A DNA stretch of 64,000 bases, taken from Candidatus Cloacimonadales bacterium (GTDB lineage Bacteria; Cloacimonadota; Cloacimonadia; Cloacimonadales; JAIOQZ01). Each line of letters begins with the position of its first letter. The first letter of the stretch is position 1. The notes under the pieces are model-generated. The model was not told the origin of the DNA. It worked only from the letters and a program-made list of their open reading frames with translations, and did not search any database. The position numbers were made by a program, and so were the translations under genes. Where the stretch lies: assembly GCA_963665815.1 (NCBI GenBank), contig OY762463.1:3680001-3744000 (forward strand). The letters run 5' to 3'. Positions 20,208-30,261 of the stretch are shown here, one piece after another.

Positions 20208-21273
20208 ATCAATTGTCAGGTTGGTTTACTGGCTTTTCATGCTGTCACTGGTTGTATTGGGAGTACTTTTTTTTAAGAATGTTTTTCCGCTTTTGTTTGC
20301 AGCGATGATTGTATCATACCTGCTTAATCCAATAATATCAATTCTGGAACAGAGAGGGATTCCAAGAAGTGTTTCCATCCTTCTGGTATATCTGATTATT
20401 CTCGGTATTCTGGTAATTGCATCTATTACATTTGTTCCGGTTGTCTATGATCAGGTTGTTCAGCTTTCAAACACTGTTTCGGACGCATTCAGTGAAACAA
20501 ATGATGTGAATTTCATTTCAAAGCTGCCATTCTATGATAAAATTTCCGGACTTGTGCAGAAAGTAGAAAGCAAATTCCCATTTATAAATTTTGATGATGC
20601 AAAAAATGATGTGTTAAGCTTTATTACAAAATCAGTATCTGACCTGCCTAAGAAGGTTATTGGATTGTTAAGCAACTTTTTCAGTGTGCTCACATTTATT
20701 ATAACGATTCCTTTAATAAGTTTCTTTCTATTGAAAGATTTTGAGTCGATGAAAAAATATTTCATGCGGCTTGTACCAAACAGATATTTTGAGTTAACAA
20801 TAATTATTATAGAAAAAACAGATGAAATAATTGGTACGTATCTGAGAGCTTTGATGATAGAAATATTTATTGTAAGTATATTGTCTTCTATTGCCTTGCA
20901 GTGTATTGGGGTTCCTTATGCTCTGCTGATAGGTATTCTCGCCGGGTTTGCCAATGCAATTCCTTATTTAGGTCCTGTAATTGGAATGGGTCTTGCAATA
21001 ATATCTGTGTTGTTAACAGGAAACTCATTCAGTATGGCAGTTTATTCAGTCATTGCTATGATTTTAGTGCAGTTTCTGGATAACTCTTTTATATATCCGA
21101 TTGTTATCGGTAAGAATACAGAAATGCATCCGCTCGTTATTATGTTGACAGTTATTGCGGGAGGTTATGTTTTTGGTATTCTTGGTATGCTGATATCAGT
21201 ACCACTTGTATTTCTCGTGAGAGGAATTACTCAAGTATTATATAAAAATCTGAAAGGTTTTGGAATAATTTAA
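20194..21273 (+). CDS. AI-2E family transporter
   Basis: YLLNP, FFLLKD, NAIPYLGP, QFLDN..YP.VIG, HPL motifs; multiple TM segments. Confidence 0.9.
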   Translation: MIRSKSIVRLVYWLFMLSLVVLGVLFFKNVFPLLFAAMIVSYLLNPIISILEQRGIPRSVSILLVYLIILGILVIASITFVPVVYDQVVQLSNTVSDAFSETNDVNFISKLPFYDKISGLVQKVESKFPFINFDDAKNDVLSFITKSVSDLPKKVIGLLSNFFSVLTFIITIPLISFFLLKDFESMKKYFMRLVPNRYFELTIIIIEKTDEIIGTYLRALMIEIFIVSILSSIALQCIGVPYALLIGILAGFANAIPYLGPVIGMGLAIISVLLTGNSFSMAVYSVIAMILVQFLDNSFIYPIVIGKNTEMHPLVIMLTVIAGGYVFGILGMLISVPLVFLVRGITQVLYKNLKGFGII

Positions 21274-21330
21274 TGTACATGAGAGAAATAAAAAAAATTG
21301 AGATAAATATACATTTCATTGGAGGATGTA

Positions 21331-22476
21331 ATGAAAAGAAAATTTAAACTGATAACTATCGCGGTCTTTCTTATATCAGTTTTTGCACTTATTTCCTGTG
21401 CGGATGCAAACGATCCGGTTGGCTCAAGCTCAAACGGAATACTTCGAATAGAAGGCAATGTACCAATATCCGGTTCACCTGATGATATGGACGTTTCCGA
21501 ACATTATGTAGTTGCTGCCTGTGGTACTGGCGGACTGATTATGGTTAACAAAGCTCCTTTTGGTTTAGCAGATTCGTATGATTACTTTGAAGCTGTTGAA
21601 TTAAATGAAACTGAAGAGTCATTAAAAGATGTAGCTCTTATAACAATTATTGAAGAACATAACAGGGTTATTACACTGCAGAAGAAAGCTACAGATGCAT
21701 TTGGCTCTTATGATATTTCCAATGGAACTCTCGAACGTAATGCGATTACAACGGGTAATACTCAGGGAATCTATGGACTATATAGTTATCCTAACAGTCC
21801 CGATTTTCCGATTTATGGTAATTCTGTGGATTTACCTAATGCAACAATGACTGAAAGACCTATTGTGGTTGTAAAGAGACACAGTGCCGGTTATAGTAGA
21901 GCATTCAATGAACCTAATCAAAGTGGAGATTCTTTTAACAGCTCCAGCAATGACTATACAGTTTTGTTCCCTTTAAAAGACTTCTCTTTCAATGAAGGTT
22001 TTTACTTTGGTGCTAATGGTTATGCGGGAGTCTCCTGCTGGAACATGTGGGGATTTTTTCAAGATTTAGATAATAATATTGCTTATAACTTTATTTCTTA
22101 TGCCGATACTCCGGGAGAAGCTGATCAGGTAGCCTTTGCAAATAATAAGCTTTATGTAGCAGACGTACACATGGGACTTCAGGTTCTTGATGTTGAGTTC
22201 ACTGATGAAGCACCAGTAATGACTCTTAGAGAAGATCTTGCTTACAAAACAAGTTCATTTGCAAGATGCGTTGATGCCAATGTTCATCACCTTGTAGTTG
22301 GTTCACGTGGTGGAGGTATTTACTACTTCTCGCTTGATGGAAGTGGAAATCCTACATTTAAAGAGCAGCTTCCTAAAAAGGATATAGGATATGTTGTTGA
22401 AGTACGACTTGATGGTGACGATTTATACGTTCTCAGTCGTGAATTAGGTGTAGTTAAAATAAATATTAATAATTAA
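21331..22476 (+). CDS. Lipoprotein with LVIVD-like beta-propeller repeats
   Basis: GGAGG RBS; lipobox LISC; DTPGEA..V....LYVAD..GLQVLDV. Confidence 0.7.
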   Translation: MKRKFKLITIAVFLISVFALISCADANDPVGSSSNGILRIEGNVPISGSPDDMDVSEHYVVAACGTGGLIMVNKAPFGLADSYDYFEAVELNETEESLKDVALITIIEEHNRVITLQKKATDAFGSYDISNGTLERNAITTGNTQGIYGLYSYPNSPDFPIYGNSVDLPNATMTERPIVVVKRHSAGYSRAFNEPNQSGDSFNSSSNDYTVLFPLKDFSFNEGFYFGANGYAGVSCWNMWGFFQDLDNNIAYNFISYADTPGEADQVAFANNKLYVADVHMGLQVLDVEFTDEAPVMTLREDLAYKTSSFARCVDANVHHLVVGSRGGGIYYFSLDGSGNPTFKEQLPKKDIGYVVEVRLDGDDLYVLSRELGVVKININN

Positions 22477-22496
22477 TAATTTTGTAATAAAAATTT

Positions 22497-22523
22497 GGCC
22501 CATCGTTCACGGTGGGCTTTTTT
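22497..22523 (+). terminator. Intrinsic terminator
   Basis: GGCCCATCG-TTCA-CGGTGGGCT followed by a T run. Confidence 0.85.
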
Positions 22524-22539
22524 GTTATCAGGAGATAAA

Positions 22540-23769
22540 ATGAAAATTGCTGTAGATCTTCACTCGCACTCAGGTCATGCCGGAGGAGTCGGGAATATAC
22601 CATTTGAAAGCATTTGCAGAACAATGCAGATTAAAGGGATTGATATCTTTGGAACTGGTGACTGCATGCACCCTGAACGCTTTAATGAGCTGAAAGATGT
22701 TTTTATAGAAGCCGAACCTGGTTTGTTCAAATTCAAGGATTATGATAAAAGATTTATCTTGCAGACAGAAGTTATACTCACCGTACAGCTTGAAGGATAT
22801 AAAAACAGAACAATTGCACATCATGTTATTCTGTTCCCTGATTTCAATTCTATTCGTGAATTGCAGATACTGATGGATGTCTGGGGAATGAAGAACACTA
22901 TAGGCAGACCTTTCATCAAGTGCGAAGATCAGGCTCAGCTACAGGAAAGACTTTATCAAATTCAGAATATTCATCCGTTAATTGAGGTTATCCCTGCTCA
23001 TGTTATGACTCCTGATGGAATTATGGGATCTAAAAACGGTCTCAATAACATTAGAGAGTTTTATGGCGATTTCACTGATAGCATCAGAGTCATTGAGACA
23101 GGGCTGAGTGCTGATCCTGATATGTTGGGAGGAATCCCTGATTTCGCAGAACTGACAATGATTTCAAACAGTGACTGCCATAGTGCAGCTCTGAACAGAA
23201 TCGGAAGAGAATTCACAATGTTGAACGTCATAGAAAAAAGCTATGAAGGAGTGATAAACGCTTTGCGTGGGGGATATGTTGAGTTCACTGCTGAATTTCA
23301 TCCTTCGGAAGGACGTTACTTCTTAACCGGACACAGAGCATCAAGGCATGATTCCGATGAGTTTGTTTATCTGGAAGATAAAAATGATTCAGGAATAGAG
23401 TGCCCGGTCTGTGGAAAAAAAATGCTTAAAGGAGTGTTACAACGATGCGAGGAATTGACAGATAAATCTATTGCTAAGAGAGACAGGAAATTTTATCATC
23501 TGGTTCCGCTTATTGAAGCTGTTGCTCTGGGATCAGGAGTCAAAACTCTTACTTCTTCTAGAGTGACAAAACCATTTGATATAATTACCACAATTTTCGT
23601 AACTGAGATTGATCTCTGGATGGCTGATGAAGAAAGGATTCAGAGTGAATTAAACGGCAAAGTGAAGTCTGAGATTATCAACACGATTATTCAGATTAAA
23701 AGAGGAAATTTCGAGTTTTCACCACCCGGGCATGATGGTGCTTATGGAAAGCTTACTTTGAAAAAGTAA
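22540..23769 (+). CDS. Endonuclease Q family / PHP-domain protein
   Basis: DLHSHS, GTGDCMHP, IPAHVMTP, ETGLSADP, SNSDCHS, RIGRE, CPVCGK, PGHDGAYG. Confidence 0.82.
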   Translation: MKIAVDLHSHSGHAGGVGNIPFESICRTMQIKGIDIFGTGDCMHPERFNELKDVFIEAEPGLFKFKDYDKRFILQTEVILTVQLEGYKNRTIAHHVILFPDFNSIRELQILMDVWGMKNTIGRPFIKCEDQAQLQERLYQIQNIHPLIEVIPAHVMTPDGIMGSKNGLNNIREFYGDFTDSIRVIETGLSADPDMLGGIPDFAELTMISNSDCHSAALNRIGREFTMLNVIEKSYEGVINALRGGYVEFTAEFHPSEGRYFLTGHRASRHDSDEFVYLEDKNDSGIECPVCGKKMLKGVLQRCEELTDKSIAKRDRKFYHLVPLIEAVALGSGVKTLTSSRVTKPFDIITTIFVTEIDLWMADEERIQSELNGKVKSEIINTIIQIKRGNFEFSPPGHDGAYGKLTLKK

Positions 23770-23912
23770 ATATTCAGAATCAGTAACAAATAACAACGCC
23801 TATATCGATTATATCTCTATTTGCTGTAATCGGTAAAAATAAAAAGAAAGTTCTTGCCCCTGAGCATAGTGAAAATAATTCTGTAATAATAATCAATTAT
23901 GAGGTAAAATGA

Positions 23913-25682
23913 ATGAAAATAATTGAAAGATTAAAAGCATTACGCACTGAAATGCAAAAGCTTGGAATAGATGCCTGGATAGTTTCCGGGTCAGATCCAC
24001 ACCAGAATGAATACCTTGCTCCAAGATGGGGTATACGTGCCTGGATTACAGGTTTTACCGGATCAGCAGGTATTGTAGTAATAACAATGAAAGAAGCCGG
24101 ACTCTGGACAGATTCAAGGTATTTTATACAGGCTGACGAACAGCTCAAAGATACAGGAGTTACTCTTCACAAAATGGGAATGCCCGGAGTGGAACATCCT
24201 TATAAATGGCTGAGTAACAATCTGAAAGACGGATCTGTTGTTGGTTTCGACGGGGAATCTCTTACATACAGCAGCTTTCAGGAGCTAAAGAAATTTGTCT
24301 CTGACAAGGAGTTCTCCTACAATTATGACAAAGATATTGTTGATGTGATATGGAAGGACAGACCTGCAATACCATCTGAAGAATGTTTTGAGTTAACAGA
24401 TGCTTTGACAGGGGAAACTATTGAATCAAAGATCAACAGAATAAGAGATAAAATGGAGTTAAAAGGTGCTGGTTATCATGTAATTACGACACTGGATGAT
24501 ATAGCCTGGATAACAAACCTGAGAGGGAATGACATCAAGTTCAATCCTGTATTCTTCTCATATATGATCTTTGCACCTGATACAGTACAGTTGTTTGTTA
24601 ATAAAGCAATAATCCCGGAAAATCTTGAAACAAAGCTTGTTCAGGCTGGAATTGAGCTTAAGAAATATACCGAGTTCGATTCTGCACTTGCTGAGATACC
24701 TGAAGATACAAGTATTTTGCTTAATTCTGCAAAAGTTTCAGTAAAACATTATGGTTTTATTAAAGGCAGAATAGTATCCGGCATGAATATCTCAACTGAG
24801 CTTAAGGCACGCAAAAATCAGATCGAGCTTGAAGGAATGAAAAATGCTCACGTCAAAGACGGTGCGGCAGTTGTGAAATTCATGTACTGGTTGTCTCAGA
24901 ACAAAGATAAAGGATTAACCGAGTACGATCTTGGAGTCAGAATTAATGAATTCAGAGCGGAACAGGAAGGATATTTCTCTCCAAGTTTTTCTCCGATTGT
25001 CGGATATAATGCAAACGGTGCTATTGTACACTATTCAGCAAGCAAAGAAGAATGTGCGGTGATTAAACCGGAAGGTTCTGTTCTTATTGATACAGGTGGT
25101 CAGTATTTCGCAGGAACAACAGATATTACACGAACAATTGCTCTTGGTAATGTGTCAGAAAAACTTAAAAGAGACTATACTAACGTACTTAAAGGGCATT
25201 TAAAGCTTTCTGCAGCAGTTTTTCCTGATAATGTACCATCCATTATGCTGGATACATTTGCCCATGAATTTTTATGGGAAACTCAGAACGATTACAGGCA
25301 TGGTACAGGGCATGGCGTTGGACACTTCTTATGTGTTCATGAAGGACCTTGCTCTATTAGTGTTCGATCGGATAAAGTATTTCTGAAACCAGGTAACGTG
25401 CTGTCCAATGAACCCGGATGCTACATTGAAGGAGAATACGGAATACGAATTGAGAATCTGATTGCAGTGAAAGATTTAACTGAAATTGAGGGAAAATCCT
25501 ACTACGGTTTTGATACATTGACAGTTGTTCCATATGATAGAAACTTGATAGTTAAAGAGTTACTTTCTCGGGGACAGGAGCAGCAGATAAATGATTATCA
25601 TGCAGGAGTATATAATACTCTGAAATCATTCATGAATGCAGAAGAACTTGAGTTTCTGAAAGCAATGACAGCAGCATTATAG
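23913..25682 (+). CDS. Xaa-Pro aminopeptidase (aminopeptidase P, M24B)
   Basis: DPHQNEY, TGFTGSAG, WTDSRY, DTGGQY..GTTDITRT, HGTGHGVG, VHEGP, SNEPG, GIRIEN. Confidence 0.93.
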   Translation: MKIIERLKALRTEMQKLGIDAWIVSGSDPHQNEYLAPRWGIRAWITGFTGSAGIVVITMKEAGLWTDSRYFIQADEQLKDTGVTLHKMGMPGVEHPYKWLSNNLKDGSVVGFDGESLTYSSFQELKKFVSDKEFSYNYDKDIVDVIWKDRPAIPSEECFELTDALTGETIESKINRIRDKMELKGAGYHVITTLDDIAWITNLRGNDIKFNPVFFSYMIFAPDTVQLFVNKAIIPENLETKLVQAGIELKKYTEFDSALAEIPEDTSILLNSAKVSVKHYGFIKGRIVSGMNISTELKARKNQIELEGMKNAHVKDGAAVVKFMYWLSQNKDKGLTEYDLGVRINEFRAEQEGYFSPSFSPIVGYNANGAIVHYSASKEECAVIKPEGSVLIDTGGQYFAGTTDITRTIALGNVSEKLKRDYTNVLKGHLKLSAAVFPDNVPSIMLDTFAHEFLWETQNDYRHGTGHGVGHFLCVHEGPCSISVRSDKVFLKPGNVLSNEPGCYIEGEYGIRIENLIAVKDLTEIEGKSYYGFDTLTVVPYDRNLIVKELLSRGQEQQINDYHAGVYNTLKSFMNAEELEFLKAMTAAL

Positions 25683-25690
25683 GTGATAAG

Positions 25691-26179
25691 ATGAAGATAG
25701 CCGTTTATCCGGGGACATTTGATCCCATCACCAGAGGTCACATTGATATCCTCAAGACCGCATCAAGGATGTTTGATAAAGTGATTCTTGCAGTTGCAGA
25801 AGCTTCTGCTAAAAATACGTTGTTTACAACTGATGAGAGAACAGAGCTGTGCAGGCAAAGCTGTAGCGATATCCAAAACATTGAAGTTATGAAATTTTCG
25901 GGACTTGTTGTGGATTTTGCCGAATCAGTTGAAGCAACAACAATGATAAGAGGATTGAGAGCTGTTTCAGATTTTGAATACGAACTCTCTCTCGCTTTGA
26001 TGAATAAGAATTTGAAAAGTACGATAGATACGGTATTCCTGCTTCCGTCTCACGATTTTCTTTATTTGAGTTCAAGTATTGTGAAACAGGTAATTAAACT
26101 TGGAGCATCAATTGATAAATTTGTAATACCTGAGGTAAGGGATGCTCTCAGAGAAAAATACAACATACAGGAGAAATAA
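25691..26179 (+). CDS. coaD: Pantetheine-phosphate adenylyltransferase
   Basis: YPGTFDPITRGH, IRGLRAVSDFEYE, LSSS. Confidence 0.96.
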   Translation: MKIAVYPGTFDPITRGHIDILKTASRMFDKVILAVAEASAKNTLFTTDERTELCRQSCSDIQNIEVMKFSGLVVDFAESVEATTMIRGLRAVSDFEYELSLALMNKNLKSTIDTVFLLPSHDFLYLSSSIVKQVIKLGASIDKFVIPEVRDALREKYNIQEK

Positions 26180-26479
26180 ATGAATAAACAGAAGATTAAT
26201 GTTAAGATAGATGAAGCCGTAGGTGAAGGTGTATACAGTAATTTCTTTATGACAACATATTCACAATCCGAGTTCATTCTTGACTTTGGAAGAATACTTC
26301 CAGGACTGCCCGGTGCTAAAATTTACAGCCGTGTATTGACTACACCGCAGCATGCAAAACAGCTTTTAAAAATACTGGAAAAGAATGTAAAAGCATTCGA
26401 AGATATGCATGGAGAAATCAAGCTGCCGAATCAAAATGATAACAAAGGTATAGGTTTTAAGAGTTTGTCATCAGAGTAG
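26180..26479 (+). CDS. DUF3467 family protein
   Basis: EGVYSN, SEFILDF, SRVLTTPQHAK, FEDMHGEI. Confidence 0.85.
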   Translation: MNKQKINVKIDEAVGEGVYSNFFMTTYSQSEFILDFGRILPGLPGAKIYSRVLTTPQHAKQLLKILEKNVKAFEDMHGEIKLPNQNDNKGIGFKSLSSE

Positions 26480-26598
26480 AATAAATTCTGAGAGACAAAA
26501 TTCTTGACGTTAAATATTAAATCTTTTTTCTTGAAATTTCCGTAGAAACGGATTTCAATCAATGATATTGAAAAGTCATATAAAGGGAGTTGAAACTG

Positions 26599-29322
26599 AT
26601 GAAAAACAAACGTATGAGAAATCTCATCATTATTTTTGTGTTTGTTCTTATCGCGTACTATCTTGTCCCCTTGTTCATGCAGTGGACTACAGGCGTAGAA
26701 AAGACAACCGAAACACTTAGCAAAACGAAGTTACCTTGGCAATTTTTAACCGGATCTGATGATGATTCAGATGAAGCTAAGTCTTTGAGGTTGTGGACGG
26801 GTAAACAATTGAAACTTGGACTTGACCTTCAGGGTGGGATGCAGCTTGATATGCAAGTTGAATATCAGAATTTACCTGAAAAAGAAAGAGACGATGCAGT
26901 AGAAGCTGCAGTTGAAATTATAAGAAACAGAATTGACCAGTTTGGTGTTGCAGAACCATCTATTCAGAGACATGGTGACGATAGAATTATTGTGCAGCTT
27001 CCTGGTCTTCAAGATAAGTCAAGAGCGAAAAACCTTATAGGTAAAACAGCACTTCTTGAGTTCAAACTTGTTGCAAAACCTGAAGATCTCAAAACTGCTG
27101 CAGACAGAATTGATAAATATCTTGAGCAAAATATTAAAACTGAAGAATACAAATATCTTGAAGATTTCTATTCAGAAACTTCCGATGAAGAAATTGCAGA
27201 AGATATTCTCGGTGATATGGAAGAAACAGCTGTAGACGATACAACTTCTAAAGAAGATGTTGCTGCAAAAGCTGATTCAATTGATGCTGTTAATAATGGT
27301 AAAATATTTACAAGATTAATCTCAAATAGAGGTTATGGAAGTCTTATTGCAAACAAGAATGTAGACAAATTTGAAAGACTTCTTGCTGATCCTAAGATTC
27401 AGTCAAGAATTCCTTCCGGTCTTCAGTTCCTGCTTGGTAAAGTAGATAAGAAAGATCCACTTGCTGACAGAGTAGTTTACCTTGTTTATAAGAATGCAGA
27501 AGTTTCCGGTAGCGACCTTGCAGATGCAAGAGTTAATATCGGTCAGGGTAACAACCCTCAAACTGCTGGAAAAGCATACGTAACACTTGAATTCAATAAA
27601 GAAGGTTCAAAGAAATTTGCAACAGTCACAGGTCAGAATATTCAGGAAAGACTTGCTATCTGCCTTGACGATGTTGTTTATATTGCACCTACAATCCAGA
27701 ATAAAATTCGCGGAGAAGCTTCAATCACAGGTCTTTCAGACCTCGAAGAAGCTCAGGATATCGTTATTGTTCTTAAAGCCGGTAACCTTCCTGCTCCTGT
27801 AAAAGTTATTCAGGAAAGAAGTGTTGGTGCTACACTTGGACAAGACAGTATTAAAGCCGGTTTCATGGCTGCACTTATCGGTCTTGCAATTGTAATCATC
27901 TTCATGATTATCTACTACGGAATGTCAGGTTTCTTTGCAAACCTTGCTGTAGCAATCAACGTTGGATTCATCCTTGCCGCTCTTACAATGCTTGAAGCAG
28001 CTCTGACAATGCCTGGTATTGCGGGTATTATCCTTACTATCGGTATGGCTGTGGATGCTAACGTTCTTATATTCGAAAGAATCAGAGAAGAACTTAAATC
28101 AGGTAAAACAGTAAGATCATCTGTAGACAGCGGTTTCTCCAGAGCGATGATTACTATTCTTGATGCTAACATCACAACACTTATTACAGCTATCGTACTT
28201 TACCAATTCGGTACCGGTCCTATCAAAGGATTTGCAGTTACATTATCAATCGGTATCATCGGTTCAATGTTCTGTTCAATTATCCTTGTGAAAGCTATGT
28301 TCGACTGGTTTGTTACTAATAAAAACAGAAAAACACTCAGTATTGGTAAACTCAGATTCTTCGAATCATCAAAATTCGACTGTGTTGGAAGCAGAAAAGT
28401 TACTTATATCATCTCTGCTGTTGTAATACTTGCAGGACTCGTTTCACTTGCAGTTCACAAAGGACCCAACTACAGTATCGACTTCACAGGTGGTACTTCT
28501 ATGGAACTTGATCTCAGTTCAGATTCCGGCGAGAAAGTTACACTTGAAGAATTAAGATCTGCTCTTGAAAAAGAAGGATTCGATGAACTTGAAATCATGC
28601 CTTACAAAGGTACAGATATATTTGTTGTAAAAAGCAAGAAAAACATTGCGGTAGAATCTGAAAACAGCAAGAAAATTGATGTTTCAGCAATCAAAGGTGA
28701 TAAGATTCTTGCAGCTATAGAAAAACACTTCCCTCAATTCCAGGGAAAAACAAACGAACTTATCAGATCAAAAGATGAAGTTGGACCAAGAATTGGTAAT
28801 GAGCTTAAGGGAAAAGCTATCTGGGCTATTTTCTATGCTCTTCTTGGAATTATCCTTTACATCTGGTGGAGATTCGAGCTTACATTTGGTTGGGCTGCTG
28901 TTTTAGCACTTGTACACGATGTGCTTATTACAGTTGGTATCTTCTCTATCTTCGGAAAAGAAATCAGCCTTTCAATCGTTGCAGCACTGCTTACAATTGT
29001 GGGTTACTCACTTAACGATACAATCGTTGTGTTTGACAGAATCCGTGAAGACCTGAAAATCTACAGAAGAGAATCATATCAGAGTGTGATTAATCATAGT
29101 ATCAATGAAACACTTTCACGTACTATTATTACATCACTCACAACACTTATCGTTGTACTCGCTCTGTATTTCCTCGGTGGATCAGTAATTCATGACTTTG
29201 CATTCGCATTGATGGTTGGTGTTATTGTCGGTACATACTCTTCAATATTCATTGCCAGCCCTGTACTCGTTGATTACTTCCTCAGAAGAGAAAAGAAAAA
29301 AGGCGTTAAAAGAGGTAAATAA
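26599..29322 (+). CDS. secDF: Fused protein translocase subunit SecDF
   Basis: LGLDLQGG, RIDQFGVAEP, GMAVDANVLIFERIREE (SecD); IDFTGG, GYSLNDTIVVFDRIRE, GTYSSIFIA (SecF); ATG 9 nt after GGGAG. Confidence 0.95.
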   Translation: MKNKRMRNLIIIFVFVLIAYYLVPLFMQWTTGVEKTTETLSKTKLPWQFLTGSDDDSDEAKSLRLWTGKQLKLGLDLQGGMQLDMQVEYQNLPEKERDDAVEAAVEIIRNRIDQFGVAEPSIQRHGDDRIIVQLPGLQDKSRAKNLIGKTALLEFKLVAKPEDLKTAADRIDKYLEQNIKTEEYKYLEDFYSETSDEEIAEDILGDMEETAVDDTTSKEDVAAKADSIDAVNNGKIFTRLISNRGYGSLIANKNVDKFERLLADPKIQSRIPSGLQFLLGKVDKKDPLADRVVYLVYKNAEVSGSDLADARVNIGQGNNPQTAGKAYVTLEFNKEGSKKFATVTGQNIQERLAICLDDVVYIAPTIQNKIRGEASITGLSDLEEAQDIVIVLKAGNLPAPVKVIQERSVGATLGQDSIKAGFMAALIGLAIVIIFMIIYYGMSGFFANLAVAINVGFILAALTMLEAALTMPGIAGIILTIGMAVDANVLIFERIREELKSGKTVRSSVDSGFSRAMITILDANITTLITAIVLYQFGTGPIKGFAVTLSIGIIGSMFCSIILVKAMFDWFVTNKNRKTLSIGKLRFFESSKFDCVGSRKVTYIISAVVILAGLVSLAVHKGPNYSIDFTGGTSMELDLSSDSGEKVTLEELRSALEKEGFDELEIMPYKGTDIFVVKSKKNIAVESENSKKIDVSAIKGDKILAAIEKHFPQFQGKTNELIRSKDEVGPRIGNELKGKAIWAIFYALLGIILYIWWRFELTFGWAAVLALVHDVLITVGIFSIFGKEISLSIVAALLTIVGYSLNDTIVVFDRIREDLKIYRRESYQSVINHSINETLSRTIITSLTTLIVVLALYFLGGSVIHDFAFALMVGVIVGTYSSIFIASPVLVDYFLRREKKKGVKRGK

Positions 29323-29343
29323 TATCTCATTGACATAAAACTT

Positions 29344-29372
29344 AAGGCTGCCGTAAAAAGCAGCCTTTTTTT
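29344..29372 (+). terminator. Intrinsic terminator
   Basis: AAGGCTGC/GCAGCCTT stem followed by a T run. Confidence 0.85.
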
Positions 29373-29418
29373 GTATCTGAACATTTTGCTGCTATATTAT
29401 AATATTAAGGAGACTAAT

Positions 29419-29937
29419 ATGATATTTTTAATGTTTTTGACTATAACTATGGTTATACTTGCACTTGGTGCTTGTGAAAATGAAGATTGCACCTGTGATG
29501 ATGATTGTGACTGCGGAGGGGACTGTCATTGCCATGAGGTTGAATATGACCGGGAACTTGCAGAGGATCTTGGAGCCGATCAGTATGGTATGAAGAAATA
29601 TGTTTTCACATTCCTGAGAAAAGGAACAAACAGAAACTTGAGTGAAGAAGAGGCAAGAGAGCTTCAGATTGCGCATCTTAACAACATTAACAGAATGGCA
29701 GAAGAGAGAAAGCTCATTGTGGCTGGTCCGTTCCTGGATGATGGTGATATTCGTGGAATATATATCTTTGATGTGGAAACTATTGAAGAGGCTGAAAAGT
29801 TGACCGGATCAGACCCGGCAATCCAGGCCGGTGTTCTTACTATGGAATTTAAAGAGTGGTACGGATCTGCCGCCTTAATGGTAGTAAACGATCTGCATAA
29901 ACAGCTTGAACAAAAGAATGTTGTAGAGTCGTGTTGA
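29419..29937 (+). CDS. YciI-family lipoprotein with Cys/His/Asp-rich N-terminal segment
   Basis: AAGGAG RBS; lipobox LGAC; CTCDDDCDCGGDCHCH; AHLNNI..KLIVAGPF..RGIYIF..DPAIQAG. Confidence 0.8.
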   Translation: MIFLMFLTITMVILALGACENEDCTCDDDCDCGGDCHCHEVEYDRELAEDLGADQYGMKKYVFTFLRKGTNRNLSEEEARELQIAHLNNINRMAEERKLIVAGPFLDDGDIRGIYIFDVETIEEAEKLTGSDPAIQAGVLTMEFKEWYGSAALMVVNDLHKQLEQKNVVESC

Positions 29938-29963
29938 AGAGCATAGAGTTGAGAATATTACTT

Positions 29964-29993
29964 GGGAATCTGTGTAAACGGGTTCCTTTTTTT
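29964..29993 (+). terminator. Intrinsic terminator
   Basis: GGGAATCTGT-GTAA-ACGGGTTCCT followed by a T run. Confidence 0.75.
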
Positions 29994-30175
29994 ATATGTA
30001 AACCTTTTATTAAATGCAAGTAACATATCTATAAAAAACAGATATTTAAAGAGGTTACAATTTGCTTGACACATATTTTCTGATATGAATCATAGTTACT
30101 ATATTTTATCGGTGTAGAATTACAATATTTTGAATTCTTGCAGATGTATGGTTGTGAATTTTACCTGAATTATAA

Positions 30176-30218
30176 AGAAAAATCATCGTTAATAAACAAA
30201 ATGATAATGTTGAAATAA
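30176..30218 (+). repeat. Orphan copy of the last 43 nt of the CTD gene at 55014-56588 (gene remnant)
   Basis: 42/43 identical to 56546-56588 (36 nt perfect: TCATCGTTAATAAACAAAATGATAATGTTGAAATAA), encoding EKSSLINKMIMLK-stop. Confidence 0.85.
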
Positions 30219-30261
30219 GGTTACAGGCTGTTAATCACAAAAATAAGGAGCTGCTTTGCTT

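Noticed and set aside
30176..30218. 43-nt repeat as a DGR template or CRISPR spacer
   Set aside because: Only one mismatch, too short for a template repeat, no RT or cas genes and no flanking direct repeats.
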